DNA of 64,000 nt from Magallana gigas (lineage: Eukaryota), in NCBI RefSeq assembly GCF_963853765.1, contig NC_088855.1, positions 20,088,001 to 20,152,000 of the forward strand, written 5' to 3'. Below the pieces are notes generated by a model. That model was not told where the DNA came from and did no database searches. It was given only the letters and a program-made list of their open reading frames with translations. Of the stretch, positions 37,839 through 49,240 are shown piece by piece. Numbering within the stretch: position 1 is the first letter of the stretch; every line of letters begins with the position of its first letter. The position numbers were made by a program, and so were the translations under genes.

Positions 37839-39313
37839 ATATCATTGTAGTGAATGTAACCATATTTTTAGATGGCCCCTAAAAAGAGCAAGAGGTTGAT
37901 TTTCTTGAAACTTCGCAAAAAACTAAAGTTGGTGTAAATTATATATGTTTGAAAAGAAAGAGTAATGCTGTTGTAGATTTTACGCAATAAACCCAAATCG
38001 GTCTCCTCAGAAGAACGCAATTACTGTATCATGCGAGTTCTTGTTTTATCATTTTGGTATAATTTATAAAATTTTACAAGAAGAAATACACAAATGTACG
38101 TGTTGAATGGTTACATATAGGAAATATATGCAAGGACTTGTCCTTATAAAACCAGTCACTCAGATGACGTAGAGCCATGGGCTTTCGACCGTAGTTGTAC
38201 GTGTACTGTCTTGTCTCGAAATAACTATCTGAAACCACTTAATTAGCCAATCTTGGGTAAATGTGATGTGCTATATTTATTTATGAAACAGGTAGGATGT
38301 GAATGTCAATTTTAAAATATGTTATCCTAGAGCCAGTGGAGATTATATATTTGGTAAAAGCTGTGAAAATTGATGAAATCTTTAAACAATCGTATAATCT
38401 AATTCCTGAAAAAGTCAAAACATGGTGTACAAACAATCCAAAAAATATTAGATTTTAAATGCAAATATGTCGCCTTTTGTCGTACTTCAATCTTTTCTGT
38501 AAAAAATTATTACAACAAGCACGGAAAAAAAGTTCTTTGAAAATTAACAAACATTTCATCTTCGAACATATTTCATTCACAATTCATGAAAAATATACAT
38601 TAAAAGCTTTACTTTTACAACACGGTACTTTTCAACTGAATTATTCTTTTTGTTTACTTTTTCATTTTACTTCAATCATCCGCCTTAACCTGCGTAATGT
38701 GTAATTATGACGTCACATTGGGTCTTGATACACAGTGTAATATCAAACATTTATTACACGAATGGTATCTACCGTATATTGAGCTAAACATGTGAATAAG
38801 TCATAAAAGTTATACTTATAGGTACTATTTGATTAACACTTCTTTTTTTTACATGTAATGTTTGGAATTGTTGTTTTGACCGTTAAATCTGATTCAATTT
38901 TTCAAACCTTTTTCGATTGTAAATTTATTAACATTGATATATAAAAGTTATATTACATTGGTAATGCAATTTGCATTTACATGATTACCTTGAACATACG
39001 GTCAAATAATCCCCGACATGTTTTTCTAAAGCTATGCAATAATAATCTATGCGGTGTCTATGAATATCTCTAGTGTTTCAAAATCACATCTTATATGAAA
39101 ACTTTTAAATTTTGATAAAGTACTAGTAAGATGAACTTTTATCTTTGTGTCAAACCCTCGTCAAATTGTGTCAAGGAGTTACAGAGGTTTTGTATGCCAC
39201 ACCAAAAGCAGCGCTTTTCTGCTGTAAAAATAGAACACCGGAGACTTAACGTACATTCGTACATGATCTGATTGTAAAACATCAAACAACTTGAACACCC
39301 AGCAGATTTCGCC

Positions 39314-39439
39314 ACCGGAAAAAATACAAACTTTTCAAACTATATATAAAGCATGTTCGACTTATAAATCTTTGCAGATCTTCACTCCTCATACCTCCAG
39401 TGTTCTTTGTTGCCAAGTGTGTCATCTCCTTTGATCACT
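39314..39439 (+). promoter_or_regulatory. MN2 promoter and non-coding exon 1
   Basis: ACCGGAAA 39314, TATATAAA 39343, donor 39439/40. Confidence 0.65.
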
Positions 39440-39732
39440 GTAAGTATGCTTATAGCTATGAACGTTTTATGATTTACTTAATTTTCATAATGTTATCATT
39501 AGAAATATTTTGTTTGGTAAAATTGATCAAATTTTAAAGGATGTTCTATGAACAATTTCTTACAACATTCTAGCTATGCTCAAAAGGTTTCTTAATTTAC
39601 AATCAAATACAGTACATGTACAAAAAATAAAGAAAGAAAAAGAAAAAAGAGTTACGATAATCCACAACTTAGGCAAATAATTAACAGTGTTATAGTAGAT
39701 TTTATCCATTATCTTCAACGATGTTGTTTCAG

Positions 39733-40597
39733 ATGGATTTCTTCTTGATTGCCGTTACCAGTCTTATTGCTGTAGCAAGCGCCGCCCCAACTTATGGCGG
39801 AGGTAAAAAAAAAAGCAAATTATACATATATATAGATAACTCAAAATAGTAAAATTGTTCGACATATGCCCTTTTTTATTGTTCAAATTAATGTCCTTTG
39901 TTGTAGGAAGTGCTAACAATGGCAATAACATGAATATGCCAGCGAATATGGGAATGAACAACGGAGCTATGAATGCAATGCCCGCTTATATGAATATGGC
40001 AGCTAACATGGCCAACAACATGATGATGCCAGCAAATATGGGCAACAACATGAATGCCAATGTAGCCAATATGATGAACACCGTTAACATGGGCAACAAC
40101 ATGAACACGATGCCAGCTAACATGAATAATGCTGTAAACATGATGATGGCAGCTAATATGGGCAACAACAATGGAGCCAATATGCCAAATATGATGAACG
40201 CCATGAACATGATGCCAGCTAATATGGGCAACAACAACAATGGAGCCAATATGGCAAATATGATGAACGCCATTAACATGATGCCAGCTAATATTGGCAA
40301 CAACAAAGGAGCAATGAACGCTATGATGCCAGCTAATATGGGCAACAACAACAATGGGGCCACAAATGCCAACATGGCAAATATGATGAACGCCGTAAAC
40401 ATGATGATGATGAATGGAGGAAACAATGGAGCTATGGGAAATGCAATGATGCCAAACAACATGGGAACCAATAACAACGCTGGCATGAATATGAAATGTA
40501 AGTAGACGTTTATATGATTTCAACATTGAAATTGTTTACGCAATTAAATTCAGATGTTAACTTGTTGAGTTATTTTACAGCCTCCTATGTGGGATAA
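39733..40597 (+). CDS. Secreted Met/Asn/Ala-rich protein MN2, 225 aa; exons 39733-39802, 39907-40497, 40581-40597
   Basis: Near-identical to MN1: MDFFLIAVTSLIAVASA-APTYGG...MNMK-SSYVG*. Confidence 0.85.
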
Positions 40598-40791
40598 ACA
40601 CCTGCAGATATTTTGTACCGTTGAACAAAAGACCCCGAGGAGCTCTGTTATACTCCTTATTTTCATTCTTCATGAATAATAAAATACATTGCTAAAACAC
40701 ATTGTCTATTGTATTTTGTATTTCTCATTTTTAATAGTTATCAAAAGCATGCATTGATTACGAATAAAACCCAGAATTTTAAGGAGGCCAA

Positions 40792-42959
40792 TGGAACGTA
40801 GAATAATGACAGGGGTTATTTTCGTCGTAGAATAATGACCCCCCGGTCATTATTCTACGCAGAAAAATTACCCCCGGTCATTATTGTACGTAGCAAAATG
40901 ACCCTTTTGCCTGAAGAGTAAGTGTCGTTTTCATAAAAATGAGCACACTCTACATGAAGAAAAGTGACCTCTGTAGAATGATGACCCCCTTATAGATTAA
41001 AGTTTTTCAGGATAATTTTTTATTATTTGTGAAATAGTCTTTACAATATTGTACTTTTTACTGCAGTTTACAGAAAGTAACAAAAATTATAATTCATATT
41101 CAAATAAACTTAAAGTGAAAGAAGGGGTATATCCTTCGTTATAATAAGATACTGACGTATTGTATAGGGGTATGGTTGTCATCTTAACGAGTTACATTTA
41201 CATGTATATATCTCATTGTAACGAGTGACAACACATTTAAATTATTTTGAGATACAAGACACTATAAAACAAAATTCTGTTTATTGGCTATGAAAGAGTA
41301 GGCTCGATATTGTTCATGAATCATACTTACATTGACGATTTCCCCCTACTACAAACCACTGGGTATGCAAGTGCATCACCCAGAATAAATGATGAAACCA
41401 ATGAAGAGTTTACTCCATGGTTAGGCATTATAACCATGCTGAAGTTAGCAACCACTTACAGCAGCCATTCAATAAGGAAAAACGAACAGCAATAAATTTT
41501 ACTTTTTCATCGGAATACTTTAATTAATATAAAAATGATTCATACCTTACTAGTTTGTAGAAACATTGATAACTTCGGAGGCACTAAAGATCGTGTGAAC
41601 AAGATCAAGAGAGATATAAACCCTTCGGAATTACCCGTTGGTACCCGTACAGCCCAAATTTGGGACCAGGAAATAATAGCCCTATAGGTCTCCTGCACTG
41701 CCCTGTAATTTGTTTGATGTACACTATAAAGAAAAGGGAGATAACGGCCCACCATTCACCACAATATCGTTGTAAAGAGTTTTAAAAATAGCTAGTGAGC
41801 TAAATGGACACATTTAGATATGATAGAGGCCCTCAGACCCTAGGCCCTCAGACCCTTGTTATATATATTAAGAAACGTCCTCAACTTAACGCGTGTGTTT
41901 CAAAGTTCGTGTGATCAAAATCAAGGGGGATATAAACCTTCAATTTAAGCCCTTAACCCCTTATCAACGCTTTTAGAAATAATCACTTATTATATTCGAT
42001 CAGTGTTTATTATCTATTTTAGACTTACTATAGTCAGGCACTTTTCATACATTTGCTCTAAAAAAGTCTATTCATGATCACAAATACAACATTACAACAA
42101 ATGTTTAGAATATCGATGTATATGTATTACATTATATTATTACAACAATTATTCTTTCATGATTGTTGTTCGTTAATTATCACACAATTTAATTCCTCAA
42201 TGTATATAAATTTGTTTTTCATTTGTTTTCTTTTTTAATAACGGAATGGCTTTGCAACAGTAGATTTCTAAACACACACGTGCAGAACTGGCAATTTGTT
42301 GCCGATGCAATTGTAAAATCGCAATATATAAAGTTAAGCAAGCTGTGCATACATTTTGTAAACGAAAAATCGTCTTTAAATAATAAAGCTATATAATGTG
42401 TTGTTAAGAATTCTTCATGGTAAAGATATATAAATATATAAAGTTAAGCAAGCTGTGCATACATTTTGTAAACGAAAAATCGTCTTTAAATAATAAAGCT
42501 ATATAATGTGTTGTTAAGAATTATTCATGGTAAAGAGTCGAGTATAGTTCAACAGATTTCTACACAAGTGCAGCGTTATTTACCGCCAAATGTCGACAAG
42601 AGAAGAAACGTAACTGTTAACAATCAATTTGTGGCAATGTAAGTGTGTTTGTATGTGTGTTTGCTACGGATATGAAAAACTAAAACTCAACTGAACAGAG
42701 TGAAAATTCCAGTAATTTCAAAGTCAGATACCTTGTCGGGATACTGGGTAACCAATTTCTATTCTTGTTTACAGCGGGGGTCATTTATTTACGGGGGACA
42801 TTTTTCTTCACGTTTAACACGAAGAAAAATGACCACTAGGTCGTTTTTCTTAAGAAAAATCCAATTATTCTACAGCAAGGGGGGGGGGGGGGGTCATTAT
42901 TCTACATCGAAAAATGACCCCCGGTCATTATTCTACAGGGGTCATTATTCTTCGTTACA
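40792..42959. mobile_element. 2.17-kb non-autonomous TIR element with repetitive palindromic subterminal arrays (TG..CA ends, Ginger-like by inference)
   Basis: TGGAACGTAGAATAATGAC at the left end versus GTCATTATTCTTCGTTACA at the right, with multiple TAGAATAATGACCCC/GGGGTCATTATTCTA copies. Absent at the homologous site after MN1 (36765-36775). No clear TSD. Confidence 0.7.
42323..42535 (+). repeat. 110-bp direct tandem duplication inside the 2.17-kb element
   Basis: AATATATAAAGTTAAGCAAGCTGTGCATAC... occurs at 42323 and 42433. Confidence 0.85.
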
Positions 42960-45501
42960 GGGGCTTTAGTTTTCATTTTGCATGTTTTGTGCATTCTAGT
43001 AAAATGCCGTGCATTTATACCTTTTATGATTTATTTTTGATTCATGCTTCAGTAGGTGTGCTTTGCAAATGTACTTTTATGAAGTGATGATAAAATAATG
43101 CTTTGTAGGAGTATGTTTTAATAAATTACTTAAAAGTATGCCTATGAACTACCATGCATACACAGAAGAACGCTATCATCAGGGTTATTTTTTTTAAAAT
43201 GAATTCATGGTACCAATCTTTATTTGTAATACTCCAAATATACAACAACATTCTGTGAATTTTTTCTTATTACAGATGACCCCACTAGAACTAGACGGTA
43301 TAGTTTAGGTTTTATTTTACATATAAAGTAGACAATAATATTACTAATCAAATATTATAATTTGAGGAAAATCGGTCTTGTTGTATTCGTTTAATTTGCT
43401 TTAAAGTGCGGAAAATGATAATTTACTTTATTATACTTTTATATTAAATACTGAAATCTGATTGGTTTAGACGCAGTTGATTATCCGTTCTTTTACCCTC
43501 AGCGTTAGCAACACACTTGGAAACGGGTTACACAACAAATTGTTACATGTGTGCGAGTAAATTATGCGCGTACGGTTCGCCATAGAATTCATTCACTTGT
43601 ATTTTGAGATACCCCTTACAAATAAGCAGACGATATATTTTCGTGAAACTTTACAAGAGGTTTTCGATTATAGAGCTTGCTTAAAAAGATCATGTCGGTC
43701 TCTGTATAACAACATCATCCATCTGCAAACGGCGGGTGTTGGAAACGAATGTAAAAACCGAGATAAAATCTTATTTACTAAAAACCTCTACCATTAATAC
43801 AACTTATCATAGCAACCATACAAATGTTACACACTCATAAAAAGAGTTCTGTAACCACTATGTCTGGTTTAAAATATCATGTTAATGTTTTACACAATAA
43901 GATAGACGCGGGCAATAATTGATCTAAATTTTAACATCAGATTATTTCAAAGATGTTCAAATATACCAAATTCTCTTAAAAGTTATAAACTTTCACCGAA
44001 TTTTTTCCGGGAATCGGTCTTTTTAAGGTAAAAAAAATATTCAAGGCAAGTAAAAGTACCGGCGACCAGCTTAATCAATGCGCGCACACGAAATTTTCAC
44101 AAGGTTCGTGAAAACTCGTCGTTGCTAATATATCGCACCGCAAACCAGACATAAAAGTTTTGGGTATTTTATTTTTGAGATTACATATGGTCGAAAAACA
44201 ATAGGCTGCAAACCAGATTACCTCCAATAAATTGCGGGAAAATGTTTTCGCAAAAAATGTTGGTATACAGTATTTTTTAATATCTTCGATCAAACAAAAA
44301 AGCAAAGAGTCTAAGCTATGAATATATAGAAGCTACATGTATATAGTTTCGACATCAATTCACTCCGAATCTTTAAGTTTTATTTGTCTATACAGACTTG
44401 ATAAAATTAATATTGGCTTATTTTCATGGGCTTAGTTTTGACCATGTAAATTGTTTTTGACAGCTGATTAACGTTATTGTTGGCCAACAGTTTTATGCTA
44501 AATTTCCCCCTGACTCTCATCGACACAAGTATGTTGAAGGGCCACAATCAACCGTTACACTTTGAAATACTCATAGATTTTTGTCAGTTCAATTTGTTCT
44601 GAAAACAATTTTATGCGTCATCTTATTCAAAGGAACTTTTAAAAAAATTAATAATTCATATCAAATTATATGCACTGCAATAGCACTTTGTTGTGGTGTG
44701 ACAATCACTTTAATCTCATTCTCTTTAAGTTAAAATGAATTGGATTACGATACAAAATACATTTAGAGTTCTTTGTCGACCTCTTTTTTATAGAAAAAGG
44801 AAAAGAAAAAAAAACCGTTAAATAGAAATAAATTAAAAAACAAAAGAAGGTTACGAGTAAAGATAAAATTCAGATAGTCTTGGAATATTTGTTACTCGTT
44901 AAATGTCAAAATGACGTATACATGCATATGTATTGATGTTTTAGGCTTAGATCGCCTATGTGTCTGTCGTAATGTACTCCTAAAATTCATAAAAATATAA
45001 TTTTTCAAACAATGTAACTTCATATATTTCGTTTTGACCATCTATGGACTAGCTGTTTTTTCATATTATATCACTGATATTGACATGTGAGATATATTAT
45101 ATTTTTATCTGTTGTACCAATGTCATGAATGTTCTTTACATACTAATCCTCAATAGACACTACTAATATTCAAGCCAAATCGGCATGTTTCCAAACGGTT
45201 ACAAACCTTAAAGGATATGATTAATCAATGTAGTGTCCACAAAAATAGACCGTTTCCCTTTCTTGTCGCAATTGAAGGCCGTTTATATTCAATCAAATAC
45301 CTGTAAATACAAGTAAAATAAACTTTTATCTTTTGTGTCAAACAATTGTTAACAGGTGTTAATCTGTGACATATGTCTCGTATGTCACACCAAACGCAGG
45401 GCATCTCTGCTTTTAAAATAGAACACCGGAGACTTAACGTACATTCTTACATGATCTGATCGTAATACACCAAACAATTTGAACACCCAGCAGATTTCGC
45501 C

Positions 45502-45626
45502 ACCGGAAAAAATACAAACTTTCAAACTATATATAAAGCATGGCTACATCGAAATCTTTGCAGATCTTCTCTTCCCACATCTCCAGTATTCTCCGTTGCC
45601 AAAGCGTTTCATCTCCTTTGTTCACA
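45502..45626 (+). promoter_or_regulatory. MN3 promoter and non-coding exon 1
   Basis: ACCGGAAA 45502, TATATAAA 45530, donor CACA|GTAAGT 45626/7. Confidence 0.65.
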
Positions 45627-45739
45627 GTAAGTGTGGTTCAACCTCTTTTAAAAAATTTAAGGTGCGAAAATAATAGATAGAAATTTTCATCAAATTTTGA
45701 TCAATTTTTTTTAAAACTTAGGTATTAATTCCGGCTTTA

Positions 45740-45875
45740 NNNNNNNNNNNNNNNNNNNNNNNNNNNNNNNNNNNNNNNNNNNNNNNNNNNNNNNNNNNNN
45801 NNNNNNNNNNNNNNNNNNNNNNNNNNNNNNNNNNNNNNNNNNNNNNNNNNNNNNNNNNNNNNNNNNNNNNNNNNN
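45740..45875. other. Assembly gap (136 N) in MN3 intron 1
   Basis: Run of N characters. Confidence 1.
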
Positions 45876-45901
45876 ACAAATTTTCAACATTATTGTTTTA
45901 G

Positions 45902-46738
45902 ATGGGTTCCTTCTTGATTGCCATTACCAGTCTTATCGCTGTAGCAAGCGCCTTACCTTATGGCGGTGGTAAGTATTTTTGAAAATATCTAATTTTTTTT
46001 AAAGATAATTCAAAATAGTAAAATTGTTCGACATTTGCTTGCTTAAATTGTTCAACTGTAATGTCCTTTGTTGTAGGAAGTGCTAATAATGGCAATAAAA
46101 ACATCGGCATGAATTTGCCAGCAAATATGGGAATGAACAACGGAGCTATGAATGCAATGCCCGCTAATATGAATATGGCCGCCATGAATATGATGGCAGC
46201 TAACATGGCTAACAACATGATGATGCCAGCAAATATGGGCAACAACAAAGGCGCCATGAATGCCAAAGTAGCCAACATGATGAACGCCGTAAACATGGGC
46301 AACAACATGAACACAATGCCAGCTAACATGAATAATGCTGTGAACATGATGATGGCAGCTAATATGGGCAACAACAATAATGGAGCCAATATGGCAAATG
46401 TGATGAACGCCATGAACATGATGCCAGCTAATATGGGTAACAACAAAGGAGCAATGAACGTTATGATGCCAGCTAATATGGGCAACAACAACAATGGAGC
46501 CATGAATGCCAACATGGCAAATATGATGAACGCCGTAAACATGATGATGATCAATGGAGGAAATAATGGAGCTATGGGAAATGCAATGATGCCAAACAAC
46601 ATTGGACCCAATAACAACGCTGGCATGAATATGAAATGTAAGTTTCCTTTATATGAGTTTTGTAAATCAAAATTGTATATCAAAGTGAATAATATACATA
46701 TCATTCATTTTTTTACAGCCGCCTATAAGGCCTATTAA
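45902..46738 (+). CDS. Secreted Met/Asn/Ala-rich protein MN3, 215 aa; exons 45902-45968, 46077-46637, 46719-46738
   Basis: MGSFLIAITSLIAVASA-LPYGG...MNMK-SAYKAY*. Phase-1 junctions as in MN1. Confidence 0.85.
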
Positions 46739-47749
46739 ACACATGTGGATATTGTGCCAATAACAAACGTCCCGAGGAGCTCTGATTTACGCCTTATTTC
46801 ATATTTCATATTTAATAAAATGCATGGCTAACACATTATGCAGTTTCTTGTACTTTTTATGCCAACCATATCAATATTTTGTGATTGTTTTTTCATGAAA
46901 ACGCCAACTAAACATAAACAGCAACATATCGTAAACGTTTAGGAAGTTAAAGAATAAAGTACTTGAAAACAAATTATATTATTTGTTTTAGACAACTATT
47001 AAATTATGAACTAAAAATGAATATACATAAACGGGTATAAATAATGTGTGTTATGACCTGAATGCTGGTTTTATTGTTTTGATGTTGCTGTAACAATACT
47101 TACAAGGTTTAAACAAAATCATATATAATTGACAAAATATTATGTAATATCGCACCATCGTCTAATAACATTTTTAAGTTAAGATTTATTGTAAAAAAGT
47201 TTAAACCGCGATTGTTTACTTATTGTACTTATATCTAAAAGTATATTCAAACAATGAAGATTTCCTCAAAATGAACAGATATGATGCCTACTGCTTTGAA
47301 GGTTACAGTTACAAGATTGAGAGTCGCTTTCAAAGCATATGACTATCTAAGCAAAAGTAAATCATAATTTTTATTTGTTTTTTGTGTAACCGTTTGCAAA
47401 CTTAACTAAATTTTAAATCATGGTGGTTACTAGTGTAAAACATATGGTTAAGACTTTTTCTTTATTAATCGTATTCGTTGTTATAAGACAAAATTGACCC
47501 GTTTAAATCTACCAAACAAACAAAAATATTGTTTTTGACTAATTAAAGCCTACTGAAAACATTAAAAACAAAATAATATATGGCAATCAATTGAAATGTT
47601 TTGATTTTGTTCACGATGAACATGAAAAATAATGAAAAATGATGTATAATTTAGACTAAGCTTATAAAAAAAAAAAAAAAATGACAATAATAAAAAAATA
47701 AATGTAAACCTTATCTGCATAACTGACCTTTGGAAACTCTGTTAATTAC

Positions 47750-48225
47750 ATGTTATACTATAGCTCTTGAATTTGATTTCTTCAATCAATAAGCATATGT
47801 AGTCTGTCTCAAGATACATGTATTTATGCAGCACATTTGAACGAATTTTAATAAAAATACCAATACTTGTGGAAGAAGTGCTATTAAAATAGTTGAAAGA
47901 GATATTACCAAGATAATTTCATTGACACATTATCATTTTTCAGTCGGAAAAACTTACAGGAACAAGAACAGATTCCTTACGGAGATTTATAATGGACAGT
48001 GTTTACATCTTTTCTCCATTCGGAATACACTCGGAATACATCGCGCAATTTTTCAACGTTATCATCCGGGCTTGCTGCTATACAAAATCCCCGTAGACAT
48101 CACATTTTTTAGCACTGTATTGAAACCTGATAAGCTAACAGGGGCGTTTCGACTGAGAAATCTATCTTGAATACGTTTAAACCCTGAGGTATTTATAAAT
48201 ATCAAGCAATAGGACAGACTATAGT
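47750..48225 (-). repeat. Diverged inverted copy of P1 intron-2 sequence (~26765-27330)
   Basis: Shared blocks include GTCTACGGGGATTTT, GATGTAAACA..CCATTATAAAT.TCCGT.AG and AATCGTTCAAATGTGC.GCAT. The ORF track shows the same spurious peptide LTEIYNG.CLHLFS at both sites. Confidence 0.7.
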
Positions 48226-48329
48226 TTATCATAGATAAGATCAGATAAGATATTCTTTATTTTCTCCAAATTATTGGAGAGTATTACATAATCAAATTAT
48301 AAACTCAAGTGAAAATAGAGCAGAAACAA

Positions 48330-48870
48330 AACTTATTTATATATGTGACAAAATGTACATATTTTGATAGACATTTATAGATTACGGCAATCTATTACAA
48401 AGAAACCTCTGTTTTTATACAACATAAATGCAACGATTAACATAATCTGTTTCCATTTTGTATACGATATTTTTTCAAAACTTGTACCATTGACACATCC
48501 CATAAGGGATAAAAACTGTAATTCTAGATCTTGATTTTCAAACAGTATATATTCGTTGACATCAAGAAATTCTAAAACGTTTTCAAGCATAATTTCTCCG
48601 TCTTCTAAAAGATTATAACAGCTTCAAACAAGGTGCATATTATAGCTATCTGTTTCCTTATAACATAAAGGACAAGTTTTACATACAGTTTTCATTGATG
48701 AAACTTGTACTAAAAAGTTGATCAACAGTCGTTTTGAGGGTTCCTCTTTAGCAATTTGCCAAAGCTTATTAGGGTATTCTACTAAAAAAGGAAAGTTCAG
48801 GGTTATGCCAGAGCTATGCCATTGTTTTTCTTCCCCTGCCCAAATTGTTTTGATAACTAATTTATCATAT
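48330..48870 (-). mobile_element. Degenerate LINE C-terminal fragment
   Basis: The minus frame reads KLWQIAKE...CKTCPLCYKETDSYNMHLV*SC...LLE, resembling the Cys/His knuckle at the end of non-LTR ORF2. In-frame stop present. Confidence 0.45.
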
Positions 48871-49162
48871 AAAGTTTCTCATTTGAAATAATAATGAAAA
48901 ACATTTTTAATACAACCCGAAAGATTGTTAGTAAACACCAGTGTTGACACTCACATTAAAAAAAGTACGCACTTTAAATTTTTTTCTTAAAGTGCGTTGA
49001 ACATTGTCTTTTCAAAACTTAGTTAAGAAGATACATCAAAAGTTTTTGATATCGAGAAATTTAACGCACTTTGAAAAAATATGTAGCCTTCTAGAATTGG
49101 ATTGAATTCATTTGATAGTTACCTCTTAGGCTTATAAGAAAAAAATTGATCAAGAAAATGTT

Positions 49163-49240
49163 TACTGTATACACGGAAATATTTGCCCTGTTTTATTTTC
49201 ACCCTTTTCGCCCACGTTGTCAGCGGGCAAATTTGAGACT
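49163..49240. mobile_element. Truncated MITE end, same family as 18099-18310
   Basis: TACTGTATACACGGAAATATTTGCCCTGTTTTATTTTCACCC...GGGCAAATTT matches the reverse complement of the 18240-18310 end. Confidence 0.55.
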
